Shown here piece after piece: positions 61,201 through 64,000 of a stretch of 64,000 bases of DNA. Under the pieces are notes generated by a model. That model did not search any database. It saw nothing but the letters and a program-made list of their open reading frames with translations, and was not told where the DNA came from. The stretch's first letter is position 1. Every line of letters starts with the position of its first letter. The translations under genes were made by a program, and so were the position numbers. The stretch comes from Terriglobales bacterium (GTDB lineage Bacteria > Acidobacteriota > Terriglobia > Acidiferrales > UBA7541): positions 669-64,668 of the forward strand of contig DATIXL010000138.1 of the NCBI GenBank assembly GCA_035518615.1, read 5' to 3'.

Positions 61201-61610
61201 GCATCGTCACTGACCCAACAACAAGTCCCTGCGCCGCCGCGAACACCATCGGCTATGTGGCCGTGGATCCCACCGCGCGTTTCATTCAGGCGGGAGTGGG
61301 TGCCCTTGCCACCACCGGCCGGAACACCGTCAGCACGCCCGGCTTGAACATCTGGAACATGTCCTTGTTCAAGACGGTCAAGTTCACGGAACGCGCCTCG
61401 CTGCAGTTCCGCCTCAGCACTTACAATACCTTCAACCACCGCAATTTCAGCATCGGCTTACCGACCAACAATGGCGCGCTCGACTCGAACACCAACACCA
61501 ATCCCTTGAACGCCGGTTATATCTTCGTCACCTCGCCGACGTTCCTCAACAAGTTCTCCTTCGACGGCGGCAGCCGCAACCTCGAACTCGGCCTCCGCCT
61601 CGTCTGGTAA
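58221..61610 (+). CDS. TonB-dependent receptor, Oar-like, with carboxypeptidase-regulatory-like domain
   Basis: GGAG SD, signal peptide, SIDGVDDN plug motif, FVQDDWK, C-terminal RNLELGLRLVW; 1129 aa. Confidence 0.92.
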   Translation: MRRISVLSVVGLLCLAFAGAALAQRLDGTLRVTVADNTQASIEDATVTVTNEATGVSASTTASSAGTYVFPNLLVGSYTVTVEKEGFKKAIQKSVAVASNQIAEAKIFMEVGSVSAVVEVEAGAELVKTESSELGATFGGKIVNDLPLNTLGGDVKEFAVFVPGTTTQEGGVLGSGGSVGGTRPRFNGFSIDGVDDNRLDVNGPTQPVIQESVAEFSLLTNQFSAEYGHSSGGQFNIVTKSGTNDWHGAGWWFNRNRDLNAATNQEKVGNAGQPDIKNRYDYNRLGASAGGPIRKDKLFIYGAYEFQNNGLASQGATVTMPTANGISQLMALNPDPAVADILSQFPVATTPSGTTNVTVNGVTQAIEVGQFSSTAPNYSNQHDFTVNADLNLGKHQLRGRFLYDRYRAPWVNLIQPQPQFTGTATNDARKVIFTDAWSLSSRVINDFHASYSRLNGLNLDTPAAFSNFPNVEIDEFGSNVGPQSLAPQGYTQNVYQLMDDVSYIRGKHTFKFGIEGRNYIAPTNDLPRARGEWDYATLNSFINDLVPDGANGALRGAGTGSTADNYHAVYWFVQDDWKLTPRLTLNLGLRYEWSGVPRDEAKQALNSISDDPSLGIFFRKPKSDTNNFGPHFGFAWDPTGRGNWAVRGGAQISYDVIPNNFAINSLPPQLQTEQNPAITCSLSPAPAWCATGQGFLEGGGLLQVNVPPTTQADARAATGSLIPDQTNPKVITWSLGVQHAILRDSSIEVRYVGTRSLSLPVQMRLNSASAFDPNVAGGGLAPLPTYINPSDIPSTMPAPVDTLANFQTFCPNPGVQPVAPCRNLSADGFLGSMTTFPPIGSGIYHAASVDFIHRFAKGLYFRVNYTFSKNIDNSTNELFSSYVNPRRAQDGFDFANERGRSVLDLPQKFAMTWVYDFPNINSENRFVRGIAQGWEWSGTYLAQSGQPVTPLSGVDANDNGDNAGDRTVFNPAGAGLTGSTVESVCNDGAGGATRIVTDPTTSPCAAANTIGYVAVDPTARFIQAGVGALATTGRNTVSTPGLNIWNMSLFKTVKFTERASLQFRLSTYNTFNHRNFSIGLPTNNGALDSNTNTNPLNAGYIFVTSPTFLNKFSFDGGSRNLELGLRLVW

Positions 61611-61634
61611 TCCGTCCGAGGCTTAGCCTCACGA

Positions 61635-61680
61635 GAAAAAAAGCGAGGAAACCTTGGCGGGTTTCCTCGCTTTTCCTTTT
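61635..61680. terminator. Bidirectional intrinsic terminator
   Basis: AAAAGCGAGGAAACC/GGTTTCCTCGCTTTT 15-bp stem between convergent genes. Confidence 0.85.
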
Positions 61681-61715
61681 GGGGGTTCTCGCGAAATGTA
61701 CCGATCCCTTTTTCG

Positions 61716-63611
61716 TTACGGCTGCGCGCCGCCATTTCCCGGCAGCACCATGATCTCCACCTTCGACGGATATTGCTCCGAGCGGTAGATTCGCTCCGTC
61801 GCTTTCTGGTAGTCGCTCTCTTTCGCTTCAAAAATATTCGGCACGAATTTCTGTGGATTCCGGTCGTACAGCGGAAACCACGTGCTCTGCACCTGCACCA
61901 TGATCCTGTGACCTTTCTTGAACACGTGATCCGCCGTATGCAGATCAATCGTGAATGGCGTCACCTGATCTGGCGTGATGGCCCCAGGCTTCTCGTACGA
62001 TTCGCGGTAGCGCCCCCGGAAAATCTCGTCGGCGATCATCAGCTCATAGCCTGAAAGTTTCCAATCCTCCGCCACCTTCTGCGGATAAACGTCAATCAGC
62101 TTCACCACCCAGTCCGCGTCGCTTCCCGTCGTTGATGCATACAGCTTTGCCGTCACCTGCCCGGCAACGGTCACGTCGTCCTTCAATTCCGGGGTCTCCC
62201 ACGTCAGCACATCCGGCCGGTTGTCCACGAATCGCTGGTCCTGCGTCAGCCACGTGTACCAGCTCCCCGGATGATCTTCCGGATAGGTCATGTCAATCGG
62301 CCGGTGCCGGTAAGGTACGGGATGCGCCGGGTCGCTCACGTAACTGTCGAACGCCTCCGCCGATTCCGCTTTGGGCGGGTCGAACGAAAGCTCTCCATTT
62401 GCGTGGAAATAAAGACTCTTTGTCTGCGCCTCCTCGGGCGGCCACGAATCGAACGCTGTCCAGGTGTCGCTCCCTGTCTGGAACAGCAGCGCCTCGTTCA
62501 ACGGCAACGTCCCTTTGTCGTGCAGCCAGTAGGCGAACCACGGCGCTTCCACCTTCTCGCGGAAATACACCCCCGTATCGCTGTGAAATGGGATCTCTCC
62601 CAATTTGTCTCCCGGACCGTGCGCCCATCCGCCATGATTCCACGGTCCCACCACCAGGTAATTCAAATGCTTCGTGTCCGTCTTCTCCAGCCGCTCGTAA
62701 GTCTTGTTCGGCCCGAAGAAATCTTCCTGGTCCCACCATCCGGAAACGTTCAGGTTCGGCACCGTCGCCTCTTTCAGCGTGTACGCCACTGCTTTCCGCT
62801 TCCAGAAGTCATCGTAGCTGCTGTGTTCCACAAAATTGTTCCACGTCGGAATTTTCCCGTGAAAATACTCCGCGTTCGCGTTCGAAAGCGCTCCCATCTT
62901 GAAATAAAACGTGTACATATCGAACCAGTCGAATGGAAAGCTGTAATTTTCTTTGGACGTCTCCATTAGCGCCGTGTATTCAAACGCGTAACTCAGCCGG
63001 AACGCCCCGTTATGAAAAAAATCGTCTCCTAGCCACGTGTCTCCCATGCACGCCTGCTCGGAAACCGCCTTCAGCGCCGGATGCGGATTCACCATTCCGA
63101 TCGTCACCAGGTATCCGTCGTAGGAAATTCCGTCCATCCCCACCCGCCCGTTGTTGTTCTTCACGTTCTTCACCAGCCAGTCAATCGTGTCGTACGTGTC
63201 CGTGCTTTCGTCCACGCCGCTCGCGTCGCCGGGATCGGGCGCCGTGTGCAGCATCTCGAATTTTCCCTGCGATCCGTATCGCCCGCGAATGTCCTGAAAC
63301 ACGAAGATGTACCCGTCCGGCATCAGATTCATGTAGCGGTAGAGCATGCGGCTGTATCCCCCCGCCTCATCGGATATTCCATACGGCGTCCGTTCGAACA
63401 AAATCGGCAGCGGCTCCGTCGCGTTCTTCGGCGTGTAAATCTCCGTGTGCAGCTTTACGCCATCCCGCATCCGGATCATCACTTCCTTCTTCTCGAACTC
63501 CTTCGTGAAATCCCGCCGTTCCTGCTGCGCTCTCGCCGGCAGCAGCATAAAAAGCACAACCGCCCCGATTGCTCCTGCCGCCAGAATCTCCCACCGCTTC
63601 CGCAAATTCAT
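61716..63611 (-). CDS. CocE/NonD family hydrolase (alpha-amino acid ester hydrolase-like)
   Basis: IRMRDGVKLHT, QDIRGRYGSQG, GISYDG (GxSYxG nucleophile), GWWDQED, GPWNHG. Confidence 0.93.
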   Translation of the reverse strand: MNLRKRWEILAAGAIGAVVLFMLLPARAQQERRDFTKEFEKKEVMIRMRDGVKLHTEIYTPKNATEPLPILFERTPYGISDEAGGYSRMLYRYMNLMPDGYIFVFQDIRGRYGSQGKFEMLHTAPDPGDASGVDESTDTYDTIDWLVKNVKNNNGRVGMDGISYDGYLVTIGMVNPHPALKAVSEQACMGDTWLGDDFFHNGAFRLSYAFEYTALMETSKENYSFPFDWFDMYTFYFKMGALSNANAEYFHGKIPTWNNFVEHSSYDDFWKRKAVAYTLKEATVPNLNVSGWWDQEDFFGPNKTYERLEKTDTKHLNYLVVGPWNHGGWAHGPGDKLGEIPFHSDTGVYFREKVEAPWFAYWLHDKGTLPLNEALLFQTGSDTWTAFDSWPPEEAQTKSLYFHANGELSFDPPKAESAEAFDSYVSDPAHPVPYRHRPIDMTYPEDHPGSWYTWLTQDQRFVDNRPDVLTWETPELKDDVTVAGQVTAKLYASTTGSDADWVVKLIDVYPQKVAEDWKLSGYELMIADEIFRGRYRESYEKPGAITPDQVTPFTIDLHTADHVFKKGHRIMVQVQSTWFPLYDRNPQKFVPNIFEAKESDYQKATERIYRSEQYPSKVEIMVLPGNGGAQP

Positions 63612-63633
63612 TCTCGCTCCTCGATCCTAATCT

Positions 63634-63657
63634 GTAGAGGCCGGGCTTCAGCCCGGC
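63634..63657. repeat. REP-like palindrome (GTAG + GC-rich hairpin)
   Basis: GTAGAG-GCCGGGC-TTCA-GCCCGGC. Confidence 0.5.
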
Positions 63658-63894
63658 TCCTCTTCGCGCACGCATACTCTTGCTGAGACGCGCCAAATCG
63701 CGCCGAGGATACCATGCTCTTCCCGGATTTCGCCTGTTTGCGCAAGAGAACTGTGCTTTCCATCCCGTTCTTTGGCGCAGCGCTTATCTCTGCTAAACTA
63801 TTGTTTGCACGGCCGCACCTGAGGACAAGTGAGCTTTTCCCGGCTGCTGGTTGTTTCAGCAGCTATTTTTGTCTGTGCGCGCAAGCTCATTACT

Positions 63895-64000
63895 ATGAAC
63901 AAGCGCATTCGCAACATCGCCATCATCGCTCACGTGGACCACGGCAAAACCACCCTCGTGGACGCCATGCTCCGCCAGTCCGGCATCTTTCGCGCCAATC
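63895..64000 (+). CDS. typA: Translational GTPase TypA/BipA, partial (5' end)
   Basis: [35 protein letters not shown]; runs off the window. Confidence 0.93.
   Translation, partial: MNKRIRNIAIIAHVDHGKTTLVDAMLRQSGIFRAN

Noticed and set aside
59832-61439. 535-aa minus-strand ORF
   Set aside because: Antisense shadow of TBDR 2.

Overview
This looks like chromosomal DNA from a GC-rich Acidobacteriota-like bacterium. The taxon is an inference from Oar-type TonB-dependent receptors, the IS110 type and the style of the hypothetical genes. The first ~6.1 kb is an accessory patch. It holds a serpin running off the left edge (missed by the ORF track), a truncated IS110 transposase, an LRR protein, a MoaD + BNR-propeller pair and two DUF1801 genes. 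Three copies of an unannotated ~67-bp degenerate repeat sit at the junctions between these modules. Positions 6-38 kb are mostly housekeeping: TBDR, FecR protein, MEMO1, mutase, maf, tatA, selB, pyrF/D/R/B/C, thiD, adenosine deaminase, gdh, serS, PPi-type Pfk, a pseudokinase-TonB fusion, an FhlA-like activator and tRNA-Val(GAC). The standout is the five-gene operon at 41.6-49.3 kb. It encodes a decaheme DmsE/MtrA-type cytochrome, an MtrB-like beta-barrel, a monoheme cytochrome c, an ImcH-like NapC/NirT membrane cytochrome and a CbcL-like 13-heme c/b cytochrome, with 30 heme-c motifs in total. I infer a complete quinone-pool-to-cell-surface electron conduit, lying back-to-back with perR-katG. 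Further right, an aspartokinase-asd operon is preceded by a Thr/Ile/Lys-rich leader peptide with a classical attenuator. The window ends with a lipoprotein, DDAH, a C45 Ntn-hydrolase, a ToxR-like regulator, a second TBDR, a CocE/NonD hydrolase and the start of typA. All calls come from motifs read by eye; no database searches were run.
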